In this document: one piece after another, positions 37,671 through 49,795 of the stretch
Layout: each line of letters opens with the position of its first letter
Numbering within the stretch: position 1 is the stretch's first letter
Assembly: GCA_023920165.1 (NCBI GenBank)
Contig: CP089276.1
Coordinates: forward strand, 682,001-746,000
DNA length: 64,000 nt
Source: Curvularia clavata
Lineage: Eukaryota
Reading direction: 5' to 3'
The notes under the pieces: model-generated
What the model saw: the letters and a program-made list of their open reading frames with translations, nothing else
What the model was told of the DNA's origin: nothing
Database searches by the model: none
Program-made: the position numbers and the translations under genes

Positions 37671-39299
37671 ATGGCCGTCCTTTTCCTCATAGCCTCCCTC
37701 TTTGGAGCGCTGGCACTTTACGTACGACGCTCTGCTGACCGTTTTGAATCCAACTAACTGGAACTCCAGATTTTTGGTGTGATTGTTTATCGCCTCACCC
37801 TCCACCCTCTGGCCTCCTACCCCGGCCCCTTCCTTGCAAAGATCACAGATATATACCTGGCTTACTACGCCTACAAAGGCTCGCGACATCTCGCTTTCTA
37901 CCGTGCACACGAGAAATACGGCACATATGTGCGTCTGGGACCTAATCTGCTCTCGGTCAACACTGCAACCGGGTTAAAGACTATCTATGGGTTCCGCTCC
38001 AACGTCAAGAAGGCCTCTTTCTACGAGGCCTTTCCTAGCACACCAAAGGCAATCAGCGTTCACAGCGCTATTGACAAGATGCAGCATGCACGGAAGAGGC
38101 GAGTCATGAGTCATGCGTTCAGCGATGCTGCAATCAAGAACCTGGAAAAGTACATCTTGGCCAACGTACGCGTTGGATGTGAGCTACTCGGCCGCAAGAG
38201 CAACAACTGGTCGTCGGAAAAGGCCATGGGCGGCGAGAAAGACGGCGGCTGGAATGACGCCTGGAACGCTGCGCACTGGTGTGAGTGGCTCGTCTTCGAC
38301 ATCATGGGCGATCTGGTGTTCGGAAAGGCTTTTGGCATGTTGGAAAGCCCTGCCAATCGTTTCGCAACCGAACTCGTGGGAAATGCAGCACATCGCCATC
38401 TGATCTGTGGTACGCATCTCACTATTCACAACTGGCATCTGGACAAGCTGCTCTTCCGTAAGATTGCCGGTCAGCGCGCACAGTACATGCAGTACAGCAA
38501 AGGGCAAGCGATGGAGCGCACCAAGCTGGGCCTGGATGTTGATCGCAAGGACTTCTTCTACTACCTCCTGAACGCCAAAGATCCAGAGACTGGCAAGGGC
38601 TTCAGTATGGATGAGCTTTGGGGCGAGTCGAACCTGCTTATTATCGCTGGTTCGGACACCACTTCGACGGCCATGGCTGGTACAATGTTCTACCTCGCAA
38701 CCAACCCATCGGCTCTGCAGAAAGTGTGCAAAGAAATCCGTGAAACCTTTGCTGACGTTGAGGAAATTGTTACCGGACCCAAACTTAGCGGCTGCTCCTT
38801 CTTGCGCGCATGCATTGATGAAACAATGCGCATGACACCCCCGGTAGCTGGTGCTCTCCCACGTGAGGTTCTTACCGGGGGCTTGGATGTTGATGGCCGC
38901 CACATTCCCGCCGGAGTAGACGTCGGCGTTCCCATCTATACGATTCACCACAACCCTGACTACTTCCCTCAGCCATTCGACTACATGCCTGAGCGCTGGC
39001 TTCAAGACCCTGCAGTAAACCCACATTACAACAGTCTCCAGGCGGCCCAGTCAGCTTTCAACCCCTTCAGCATTGGACCTCGCGGATGCATTGGTAAGGG
39101 CCTAGCGTATGTAGAGCTGACCGTAACGATCGCGAGGGTACTCTACCTGTACGATCTGAGACTAGCTCCAGGCATGACATTGGGCGCGGGAAGCAAGGAG
39201 CTGGAAGAGGGCAGGAACAGGCCGACTGAGTACCAGATCATGGATGTGTTCGCGAGTAAAAAGGATGGGCCGATTGTGCAATTCCGTGCAAGGGCATGA
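37671..39299 (+). CDS. Cytochrome P450 monooxygenase (benzoate 4-monooxygenase-like group)
   Basis: N-terminal anchor, intron 37722-37769, AGSDTT, ETMR (ExxR), PERW and heme motif FSIGPRGCIG. Confidence 0.95.
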
Positions 39300-39740
39300 A
39301 TTTAGGTTAAGAAAATCGGTGGCTTCTCATGTCTGGCATCTGCTTAACGTCCATTTTCATTAGAAACTTAGCTCTATCATGGCGAGAACAGCCCTCATAG
39401 TTAAATACGCTTCAGTTCATCTTCATCTGTGAAACCTTGGTTACTGGTCGTGACTAAGTAGTTTTCCGAAAAAATCGATTGCAAAACTATATTGAACTGC
39501 CGTTTTGAAACCTATTAATGCGTGCATGAGAATCCCGCAATAGTGTACATGAGGTGTCGGTGGCTCTACGTAGGATATCGCCTGCTAGGTGTGTGTTATC
39601 GATAGCAATGCTTGGCACCCTTAGAATGTGTGGAACTTTTTCGGCCAATGTTGACGGCCGTCCTGCACCAGAGCACAACAACACCAGAAGTTCTCTGGCC
39701 AACTATACCTCATTCGTATCGGCTGTACCCAAATTCCAAA

Positions 39741-40800
39741 ATGGCCGTCTCAAGGGTGTTCTCGCGGAGCCACCTCGTCCTTCGTGCAGGCGCTTCGTAC
39801 ACACGCATCAGTCCCTCAGCAATTGCATCAATCAATTCATCGCTTCCAAGGAGAACCTTTACTTCCAGTGTATCAAAATGGGAAGAGATTGTTCAAACCC
39901 CTTCAAGAGGTCCAGAGGTTTCCCTCACGGATAACCGCGCCACCTCAACAGGTAACCCAGCAAATTCCATCGCTTTGCTTAGGATATCGAAGCGATTGTC
40001 AAGAGCCGAGATCGAGGAGATGCTGCGGGGAAAGGGCTTCAACATGTATGTTCTCCAATGATGCTGCTCAGTGGCTCTGAAGCACTTTTGTTTGATATTT
40101 TAACTAACAAGGGCACAGCAAGAGACTGCAAATGCGAGTGGATCGCTTTACGTTCCAAAACGACACTCAATGCTTCGTAGAACTGGGAAGTCCTGCAGAA
40201 GCTAAAAGAGCAGTTGATCAACTTAACAAAACAGAAATCCACCAGAAGAAGATCATTGCCGCACCTCTGAAGGACGATTTCCGCTGGGGTTCTGTGGAAG
40301 ACACCAGCAAACTGCCCTTCGGATCACGCTACTTTTTTGACGAGGGCAACGCCGCAGAAGAGGCTATACGGCCGCTGACTGAAGGACGTCGAACCTTGCT
40401 CTCTGTTCAAACACCGGGCTGGTCGCCTAAGTCTCCAATTCGGCAATCCAAAGACAACGCGCTGAACATCATCGGTCAAAACTTTGGCCAATACGGTATC
40501 GAAAGAGTAGGCGACATGTCACCTTTCTTTGGTGATAAAAAAACCAAGCCACGCATGCTATGCCTCATCGACTTCAAGACGAAGGAAGGCGCGGAGCAAG
40601 CCATCAAGGAAAAGCACGACACAGAAATCAACGGCCTTCTCGTATGGCTCAGGCACTCCGAGCCTTCAGCTTGGAGACAACAGCAGTACTGGAAGACTGC
40701 CCCAAAGCCGATAGAGGAACTGCAAGAGAAGGGCGTTTTGTCCAAGGAGATGTACGAGGATAAGTTCGTCAGCCCACTACCGAGGAAGTCACGCCGCTAG
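39741..40800 (+). CDS. RRM-containing protein, probably mitochondrial
   Basis: Arg/Ser-rich presequence-like start MAVSRVFSRSHLVLRAG, RNP1-like CFVELGS and CLIDFKT; intron about 40046-40118. Confidence 0.7.
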
Positions 40801-43239
40801 ACGGCAGGATGACTAGCCCAATGCTTCACTCAAATTCTGTCAACAAGCATTGGTCAACGAAGAAGGCATTGGTGTTTGAGGAAGAGCATGTGACTTGGGA
40901 GTAGCAATTGGTGTAGCTACGCCGAAGATTGCTGGTTCGTAAGATTTTACAGGCCACACCATCGGAGAAGAGAAGTCTTTGTACAAGTACTTGAGGATGT
41001 ATGATAAGGATGTGCTGTATCTTAGATGAACCGTAACAAACGTGTTCCTTTCATTCCATCCAGACAGCTGGACGACAGCCGTGCAAGGATAGGAAATAAC
41101 AAATGACAGATTCTCAACTACAGACCAGTATCAACGCAAGACTGCTTACCCAGCCCTTGTTTTACAGACACATCAGTCCACCTACCGGTGCAAAATTACC
41201 AAGGACCTCCATGTCCGAAATACGTTGCAGCACCTCATTTGCACACGCGCGCACGCCCTGAAACTTCAGCCTTGCATTTTCCGAACGCAGGACCCGTCGA
41301 TGCTCGGAACCCGCAACTTTTCGGACAATCGGCTGACTTTTGCCACACCCAGAAACCCAAGGTTGCCCAAACAGGTAACTCTGCTCAATATCTGTGGATT
41401 CTCTTCGGGGTCGCAGCGAGTCGAGTCCGAGAGATGTCGGAGGACGGGTTCACATAAGATGCGACGGGCGCCCTGGTGTTGTTGAGGATTTTGAGAGAGG
41501 GAGAGAGAAGGAGGGTGTATGGGCAGATGCAAAGGCGCCACACAGCACCACCTACGCACCGAATGCGGAGTCGGCGGTTGTAAAGTTCCGAAGGCAACGG
41601 ATTCAAGAAGCACAAGTCCGGAAGAACCGTTACCTGCTCTATTTGACGCCGCCCGCATAGCCTTTGTGATACTCTCAACAGCGCCTCATTCCCCTTATTT
41701 GTGTTACATCGACATTCTCATTATGGAATATGTTGGCTTGCCCTGTTGATCGTTTCTTCTTTACCCGTTACCTTCCCGCCTAGCACATCCACCGTCCCCA
41801 CCCCAACCCTTCTTTCCCTTCCTTATCAGCACCTCGGCGCACTCGGCCAGCCACTTGTTGCCTTCTAGCTCTCGTTTCGCATTCGTCTTGCCCAATTGCA
41901 GACCGTCTCATCTGGCCAAGAGACCGGCCTCCCATTGTATCGCGTGCCGATGAGTGGCCGGCAGCCAATCAGCGCATAGCAGAGAAGAGACCCTGCATGA
42001 GGCCACGCTAGCAATAGCGTGGCCTGCATATCCAGGGTCCAACCGGTCACCGGCGCGAGAAGGGAGGGGGCGGCGAGGCAAAAACGTCTGGGGCAGATTG
42101 CTAACCTCATCGCCGAAACATGTAGCTAGAATCTCGGAACAAGCAAAAAAATTCCGCCAGCCGGGTTTAGTACATGACGAAGGGCCGAGGCAAGCACACA
42201 AGAGGACGATTTGAAATCCAAACGAAGTGGTTCCTCAACATGTCTGGAAGGACTACGGGGGCTGATGACAGTTCAGATGGCGCTGACCGCGTTCAGCACA
42301 AAGGCCTCGAGGACTCCCTTTACCGCCTCTTGATTGACCTGTCTCTCGCATAGCCGAACCGCCCCAGCCGCACTTCCCCGACACAGTTGCCTCTTCCAGA
42401 CGCAAAAGCGTTCCTCCGGTTGGGTCCGGTCTGGTGGGCTTTCTGCATACTCAAACCCTTATCGCTAATCCGGGGGTGCTTGATACGGAGCAAGCTGGCC
42501 TCGTGGACCCATTTGCTAAAGGGTCCAAGCGCCTTTTTCCCGAGCTACGAAGATCAAAGGAGTCAGAGAGCACAGAGTCAGGCTAGCTGTTGTCAGACGG
42601 CGAGATGCAGATTGGGTGGTTATAAAGATGCCGCCCCCGGCGTCTCGCGAGGCCGAAAGAAGAGAGCTGAAATACAAATTGAATCCTTTGTCCAGTTGTG
42701 TTATTGGAAGTCTTAGTAGACATCTCTCGTTCGTACTTTTGATATTCGTCCAAGACAAGAGGAGAGCATTCCCTCGACACGTGCACACATATTCCGAGTC
42801 CCTTACAGCCGACATCGCTGTCTTGAGCCATCCAACACCTGACCAACCTTAGAAGAAGCGTAGTATCGAGGAAGTCTGGGTGAGTAGTCTCAACTAATCC
42901 CATACCCCCTGCCAATGCATGTATCCATTTGCCCTGCATACCACCACCCTAGCCCACGGCCGGAAACAATCATAAGAAAATAGTCGAAAGCCTCGACCTT
43001 CTTCCCCCCACCCCATTCTCCGCGGAACACGCGAGTAGCCCACTCAGACCATAAATGCCACATGGGAGACAGCGGCTAGAAGATCAACAGGGGAATGAGA
43101 TGAAAGAAGCGGTCAACTAACTGTGTATATAGATCTGGACCCTGGGAAGCTACACAAGCATACACGATAGAAAAACGCAAAAACTACAACCTCTCCTTTC
43201 GTTCCGTTTCCTAGAACCAAACAAAAAAGACCGTCTAAA

Positions 43240-43535
43240 ATGTGCTCATACACATACTCGTGGTACTACTGCAACCACGACTACTACATCTGGTATATGG
43301 ATTTCTACGCCCAACACTCTAACATAAAAAGTCAAGAATCAAAAGCTAATGGAGAAACAACAGGGCCAACAGCATCGAAGTTTGCTCTTCGCGCCTCCTC
43401 TCTGGCTACTCCTACGACGCCTGGTCCATCGACATGTGCTCCAAGATGAAGATCGAATGCGGCGGCTTCTCAAATTACTACTGCAGCGATTGCTCAGAGG
43501 ATGTGGCCCTCGAGTTTGAGCTCGATGAGCTATAA
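43240..43535 (+). CDS. Small Cys-rich protein (74 aa), putative Zn-binding
   Basis: aaaATG start and intron 43293-43363 (GTATAT…GCTAAT…CAG) give MCSYTYSWYYCNHDYYIWANSIEVCSSRLLSGYSYDAWSIDMCSKMKIECGGFSNYYCSDCSEDVALEFELDEL*. Confidence 0.7.
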
Positions 43536-44266
43536 GCGCTCCCTTCTCTCTGCTTCTACTATCTTTTCAGAGGTACGTTTATTTTACTCTTTTTTTTTCC
43601 TTTTTATACCTCGATGCTTCGGTCTCGGGTACAAGAGCAGAACAAACAAGCAAACAAGCAAGCAAAAGAGGTGGTGAACGCGAGCGGGGACGCACTAGTT
43701 CGGAACACGCATGTTGCTTGGAATATGGGGATGGAGTTTAGTCTTCTATGCGACAAGGGGGATGCAGAAAGGCTGACAAGAAACAGATGCAGATGCAGGT
43801 CGTGGCACGCACATTGTCCGCCACGGGTGCTAGGGCTAGCGAGCTAGCCAGCCCTGCGTGTGTGGGCTCACCGCCTTTCCCCCCCAGGCCTCGCCCACGC
43901 GCTCACGATCCGGACATACTATTGTTTTTCTCGCTTTTTCTCTTGTCCTACAGCTTGCATCCGAGCGAGCGCGCGATACCGATTTGCTTTCTTCAGCTCG
44001 AGCGTTCTGGGCACATTGTAGGCGCTTCTTCTCTACCCCCTTCTAAGCTGTTAGGGTGTTGTTTGCGACTTGGGCGTTTATTAGATGGCGTTTGGAATCA
44101 CGCGGTTGCATTGGGGTTCTTGGTATATTGATTGGCTATTACAAGCGTGCATTTGGCTTTTGCTAGATCGAATGCAATGATACTGTGTCTTTATGCAACT
44201 TTCAGTAGTGCAACATTTCCCGATTCCCCTCCCCGCTTGCCCCGGACCGTACGCGAAGAACTCCGT

Positions 44267-45839
44267 CTATTCCGTGAGACTGTCCTCCGCTGTCTTTGGG
44301 CTGACTGTGTGCCCTTCCTCTAGCATTTGTCTCACTTGTTCTGCTCGCCTTCTCGCATCAATGTACATCATAAACTCCTGATATGTCCTCGGCATAACGC
44401 GGATGTTCTTCGGTACCGTGAACGTGTAGTTGAACTGCCCCGTCGGCTTCGAGCGGCCGTGCTCCACATCCCGCACCTTGGAGTCGACCCGGATCTGCAC
44501 TCGGGTGTATTCGGAGTTTTCGTCGAATTGTTCGCCGGGAGCACCAATCAGCGGTGGGTCGGTGTAGACGACCGTTGCCGTCAGGTACAGTATGCTGCCT
44601 ACGGGCACCGGGTTCTGGAAGGTGGACGGGTCCAGCGATACGAACGTCGGACGAGCATGGGCAAAGGCTGCAGCGGTAGTGAAGGCAAGTTCGAAGGTTT
44701 GTTTGAGGAGGAAACCACCGAATATCATAAAGTGGTGTCGGTTACGGTACTGAGGCTGCATGATAGTTGCAGTCTGCAAACGGGTCTCATCCATGGGTAT
44801 TACGTTGTTGGGTTTGCGAAGTTCATCATACGGGTCTGTATCGATCAGTTCGCAGGCTCGTCTTACTACTGTTCAGATAGAACCAACCATGGTACTGCAA
44901 TTGCTTCTGCCAGAATGCATGGATAAGGTCGCTCTCGAGATCGTTTGGCGTGTGCTTGAGAAGGGAGGTTTCTCGGCGCTCTTTTCGCACTTTTGAATTG
45001 CGTTCACCCAGAGCATAGATGCGCTGCTCTTCAGGTGTCTCGATCTTCAGCGGGTTCACGTTCACTGGCCTAGTAGCACCGTTAGTTACCGTCTGTACTC
45101 CGAGTACTGGCGACTCTACTTCTTCGTGACGGGGTCCAAGGAAACCATTGTAAAGGTACAATTGATAAGAACATCCTCGTCTTTGGTCTTTTCGCCGTTC
45201 TTGGGTGCCTTTGCAACCTGCATAGTGATTTCCAAGCTACTCCTGCCTGTCGCATATGTGACACGACCGGAGAGCTCAAGATCACAAATCTCTGTTAGCG
45301 GAGAGTTGATGGTAATACGATCACAGCTTGCAGTGACAGTGGTGACATCTTCTCCCGTGTGCTTGTACCTGCAGGCATATTTAGATGAATGAAGTCATTT
45401 TAAGCAGCTGCTGGAACGCTTACGCAATGACGCCCGAGAGTGCATCAAGATCCATAAAAATAGTGCCAAGACGTATGTGTCCCGATGAATTGAGATATGT
45501 GTCGAGGAGCCATGGATCTTGGGCCAATGGAAGCACGACCGCGTGGTAGCTATCATCCATGCGCTTCGGCGTCAATTTACGATCTTTCGGCAATTCAGAC
45601 TTTTTCGAATCTCCAGTGGGTTCGCTGCCCTTTTCTTGCTGTTTCCGTAGAGCCTCTACCCATGGAGTACGCACTCGCATAGCAGTAAGCTCTCGGAAGA
45701 CCCCATCAGTGCCTCGTGAAGGACTAGAGTGAAAAGACTTGCGAGGTGCGGATAGAATTGCAGCTGAGGATTGTGTGATATTGCTGCATGTTTGAATTTG
45801 ATTGACGCGTTTTACCACGTTCCTGGCTAGGAATCTCAT
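44267..45839 (-). CDS. Mitochondrial acyl-CoA thioesterase, double hotdog fold (ACOT9-like)
   Basis: YLNSSGHIRLG…DLDALSG, VTASCDRI, RNRHHFMIFGGFLLK, FQNPVPVGS; introns near 45369-45423, 45070-45119 and 44836-44887. Confidence 0.9.
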
Positions 45840-46564
45840 TTCGCGAGTCGTCGTGGAACCTACAGAGCGGAGAAGGCGTGGAGTGACGTACTGGCATGGG
45901 GGTTACTTAGCGGCGCAAGGTCTTGGCACGGAAAGAGACACCCGCACCGCTATCATCCTCCGTCTTCCTCGTCTGCTGGGCTTTCTGTGTCGCCTCGATC
46001 TTCTCCGCTGCCGATGAGAGTCTCTCCAGGAGAGAATGTCGCGATCAGTCGAGCTAGGGCGTGCGGTGCTTGCCGTGCCTACTATCAATCACGAGCTTTG
46101 GCTCACGACTTTGATCACCATCTTACCAGAACAGAATGCAACTTACCTTGCACAGCTCACACCAGTCAAATGTCTCGAATTCCTTTCATCTGGGGTACCT
46201 TGGGTTCATCGCGGAAATGACATGCATATGGACTTAAGAATCAATTTATACAACGAGGCATTGCCCTGCGCGCAGCTCCAAGACCTCACAAACGCTGTTC
46301 TTCGGGCTCCAGTAAGCCGTAATCACGGCATAACATGCTCTAACTAATCATGCGCAGATATGGAATCAATTGATGCTGAGGCCAAGCTTTCCTGCCCGCG
46401 ATATAGCAGATCCTGGAACGGTGAGACTCGATATCGGTCACGCGGTCACCGATGGAAGAGAGACAGAGCAAAAGCGTCACAGGCTGTTCTCGAATGTGCC
46501 AGCTTCGGATGTTCGACCACCAGATAGGGTTGTTTCCGTGGCGCTTCAATCGATCCACCTCTCC

Positions 46565-47598
46565 ATGGACATTCTGGAGACTATCCCGCTGCGCAGGCCT
46601 ATCCCGAGGCGATCAAATTCGTACCCAAGCAGGCAAGAAGCTGCCAAACCTGAAGTTGGCGACACAGCTACTACCCTATTTGATCCGGAATCAACAGAAG
46701 ACTCACCACATTGTGATGCATTGAAGCCCACGGTACTAGCTTTAAACAGAAAACGAAAGCGGCCAGTCATTCACACGCCGCCAAATCATCTGCCGTTGTC
46801 CGATCGAGCCTTATCTCAAACTGATTTGCGCACTATGGTTGAAAGCGCATTACGTCTCACCATACGCGGTACTGTAAACAAGCCCCACAATAGCTGCAAG
46901 ATCAAAGCAAGCACATTCCGCTCAGGGCTAGCTGATATAGCTCCCGCATTGTGGAGAGGTGGGTTTTTAGATGTACGAAATATACCACGTCACTCGCTAT
47001 ATTACTGACTTTCGAATAGGCTTTATATCAAAGAGCCCAGCTAATGCCCACGATCACACAATCACTTTTTCAAACAGTCTTTGTAAAATCAATGTCCATA
47101 TCACTTAAATGCAAAATGGAAAGCATCAGCGACGTTATGCGAATGAATCAACAAGCCAAAGATCGTGAACAAGAATATGAAATACAACCTTGTGTTACCC
47201 GTACCAAGTCATCTATCGCAGCTCAATTATGGAACCACTCGCAAAAGATCCTTCTGCAAGATCCCGTACCACCAACACAAGCTTGCGTCGCTTCCGATCT
47301 GGAACAGCTCGATTCAGACTCTGATGATATGCTAGCCGAGGAACATGACGAATGGTTTGAAAATATGCCCAAATTCAATGATGGAGACAATGTTCTCAGT
47401 AACTCGAGCGGGACAATTGATGATGGGTGTACGCTGCCTCCCACCATGTCGACAACGAATAGTGATAAGCATTCCGTTCAAACGTACCAACAGTCTTCCG
47501 GCAAACCCATCCTAGGAACTGACCCTCTAGAATTTGATGAAGAGCTGCTGTTCGATTCCTCGCTTCAAAGAGTCGTATCAACTTCCGACACGCCATGA
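46565..47598 (+). CDS. Hypothetical protein
   Basis: Two ORFs joined in frame by intron 46973-47019; NLS-like RKRKRP; acidic C-terminus. Start codon uncertain. Confidence 0.55.
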
Positions 47599-49795
47599 TG
47601 ACATGACATGGCTTTTTGATCATGTTCGCGGAGGAATGTTCGGTTTCTAAACGCTAGGCCTACGAATTCAAGAAGGAGTGCGCCCATGTTCCCTTTCATC
47701 TGTTGAACATCGCAGTAACTGTTCATGTGATCGCTGCAATAAACGACTTGGAGACTTCGCGTCGGGACATGAGAACTGTTGCGCTGAGCACACACTACTA
47801 TTTTCGGTTGCGAAAAGTCCGTTTGAGCTTGGCTTATATTCGCACCATGTGCTTCCAGATTTTATCGATCACCACTTATAAGATATCTGTACTATATCCA
47901 ACGTGATTTTGATTGGATCTGCTCTGGTATAGTCGGTTTTAATCATTCTTTTGTTAGTTTCCGTTACTATCAAACATATCCTTTTTAACCCGACAGCGTG
48001 TCGAGTTCACGAATAATGAGTGCCCTCTCCTAACTTGAATTACCTGTATAGACTTGAAGCACTAAAAGAGCTCTTCGTATTACGGATTCACTTGCACCCT
48101 CACAGTGCTTGGTGGACTGCAAGTTTTCGCTCGGATAAGCATAAGCCCCGAATCGTGAGCGCCCTGGGCTTCAGTTGAGAAAGTAGCTCCGACCTAGTTT
48201 GATATATATAGAGAGGGCGCTGAGCTAGACGGCTTTTCGCCTCTCAGAGCAACGCTAGCTCATTCGTTTCAGCCTCGCCCTAACTCATTCAGGCGTGCGA
48301 CTCTAACCGGCAACTGTCGACAGACCTTCCGCCAAAACCTAAAGTTGATGCTCGAAACCTTTTTGACCTGGACTTGACCTGGCGGAAACTCCGCTGTCTA
48401 ATCAAAGCTCTTCGGCATGACGGGTTCGCGATATGATAGACTTACGTAACGATGCGCAGTTTGCAATTGCACTGGTGAGGCTAATAGTACTCTTGAAGAT
48501 CTTCGGTGAAGGGGTACTATTCCCTCGTGACCTAGAACGCAGTTTCTCGAGGAAGATTCCCAAACGAGCGTCGACCAATGTCGGCTGTTGCGCACCAGTT
48601 GACCTATACTCCTATGGCCGGGATTTACGAACTTTAACTTTAAGCTGTTGCCAGCCACCTCACCAAGTGCCGTCGCACTAATAGTTAGGAGCCTGGAAAT
48701 CTCGCGCTAACTCGGAAGATCAGGGTCTTTGATCGAACATCCAGTAGAATTGGATCAGTACTTACTCCAGTGCTCCGGGAGATCTGTAAAGCCATTGGGT
48801 CATCAGCCTCCTTGGCTCAACGGCGCTGCGCTTGTCTAATCGCCAAATGCATGATTTTTACGACCGGGTTCGCAAACTTGAGCTTCCTTGGTACAATTTG
48901 GATTGTTATTTGAAACTCTCTCCCACCATACTCACAACAGTAGGCCCTTTTTTGCAGCCAAACATCTACAGTAAAGGCAGAAGATACAATCTTAACACAG
49001 GAAAATATCTGCGTATTGAGCAGAGAATGCCACCACACTCATGGTCAGAGAGCTGAATGAGATGGTGTTTGTAAAGTTTGTCAACGGTCGAGCCATTGGC
49101 CTTGAGACTATGTTTCAACGTCCAGTGCTGTCATCGGTACTTCGCGCCTCAGCCGTGGCGTTCAAACCCAAAACACCGCCAAAAGCCTCAGGATGTAACG
49201 GAAGAGGCGCTCTAGGGCTATTCCTCGGGTTTCTCTAGGGATATATGATGTAACGGAGTCTCCGTTGCTGATATACTGAAGTGCTGAGGTATGCACAAGC
49301 TACATTCTTTTTTCTACTGCAAACTTCGAAACTTCAACCACCATATAAGAGCTAGCCTCACTTAAAACTCTATTTTCCGTTTTTTACCTTCCTTTACAGA
49401 TTTCGAGTTCATCCACCCAGTCAGGAAGGGCTTTACAAGCGCAGTCCTTTTTGTCGATACCATCATCCAACTGTCTCGTTTAGCCTCGCCTTACAATCAT
49501 AATTGTCGATACCGAGATTTCGAGGCCGAAAAAAATATACCGAAAAGGCCGACACCGTTGTTTAGAACTTCGTTAGTGTTGCAGGTTGGAAACAGAGTCG
49601 TCTGTGCCAAAGAACTCACACAAACTGCGACAGGCTTGAAGCCTAACAAATCTTAACCTCCTTTGACTTAGGTAAGTAACTGTATCTTTGCATTCCCTGT
49701 CTTATCACAGAGCTTTCTATAAACAAATCTAGGTTCTACAACTGCGCAACGTTTGCCCCAGTGTATGGTTTTCTGTGTCGAACCACATCCTCGCT

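Noticed and set aside
38184..39026. Long antisense ORFs (e.g. 280 aa opposite the P450; others opposite sepH and GH5)
   Set aside because: They are shadows of codon bias on the coding strand and have no recognisable motifs.
37671..45839. Secondary-metabolite cluster around the P450 and thioesterase
   Set aside because: No PKS, NRPS or terpene synthase backbone gene and no cluster transcription factor in the window; the neighbours are housekeeping genes.
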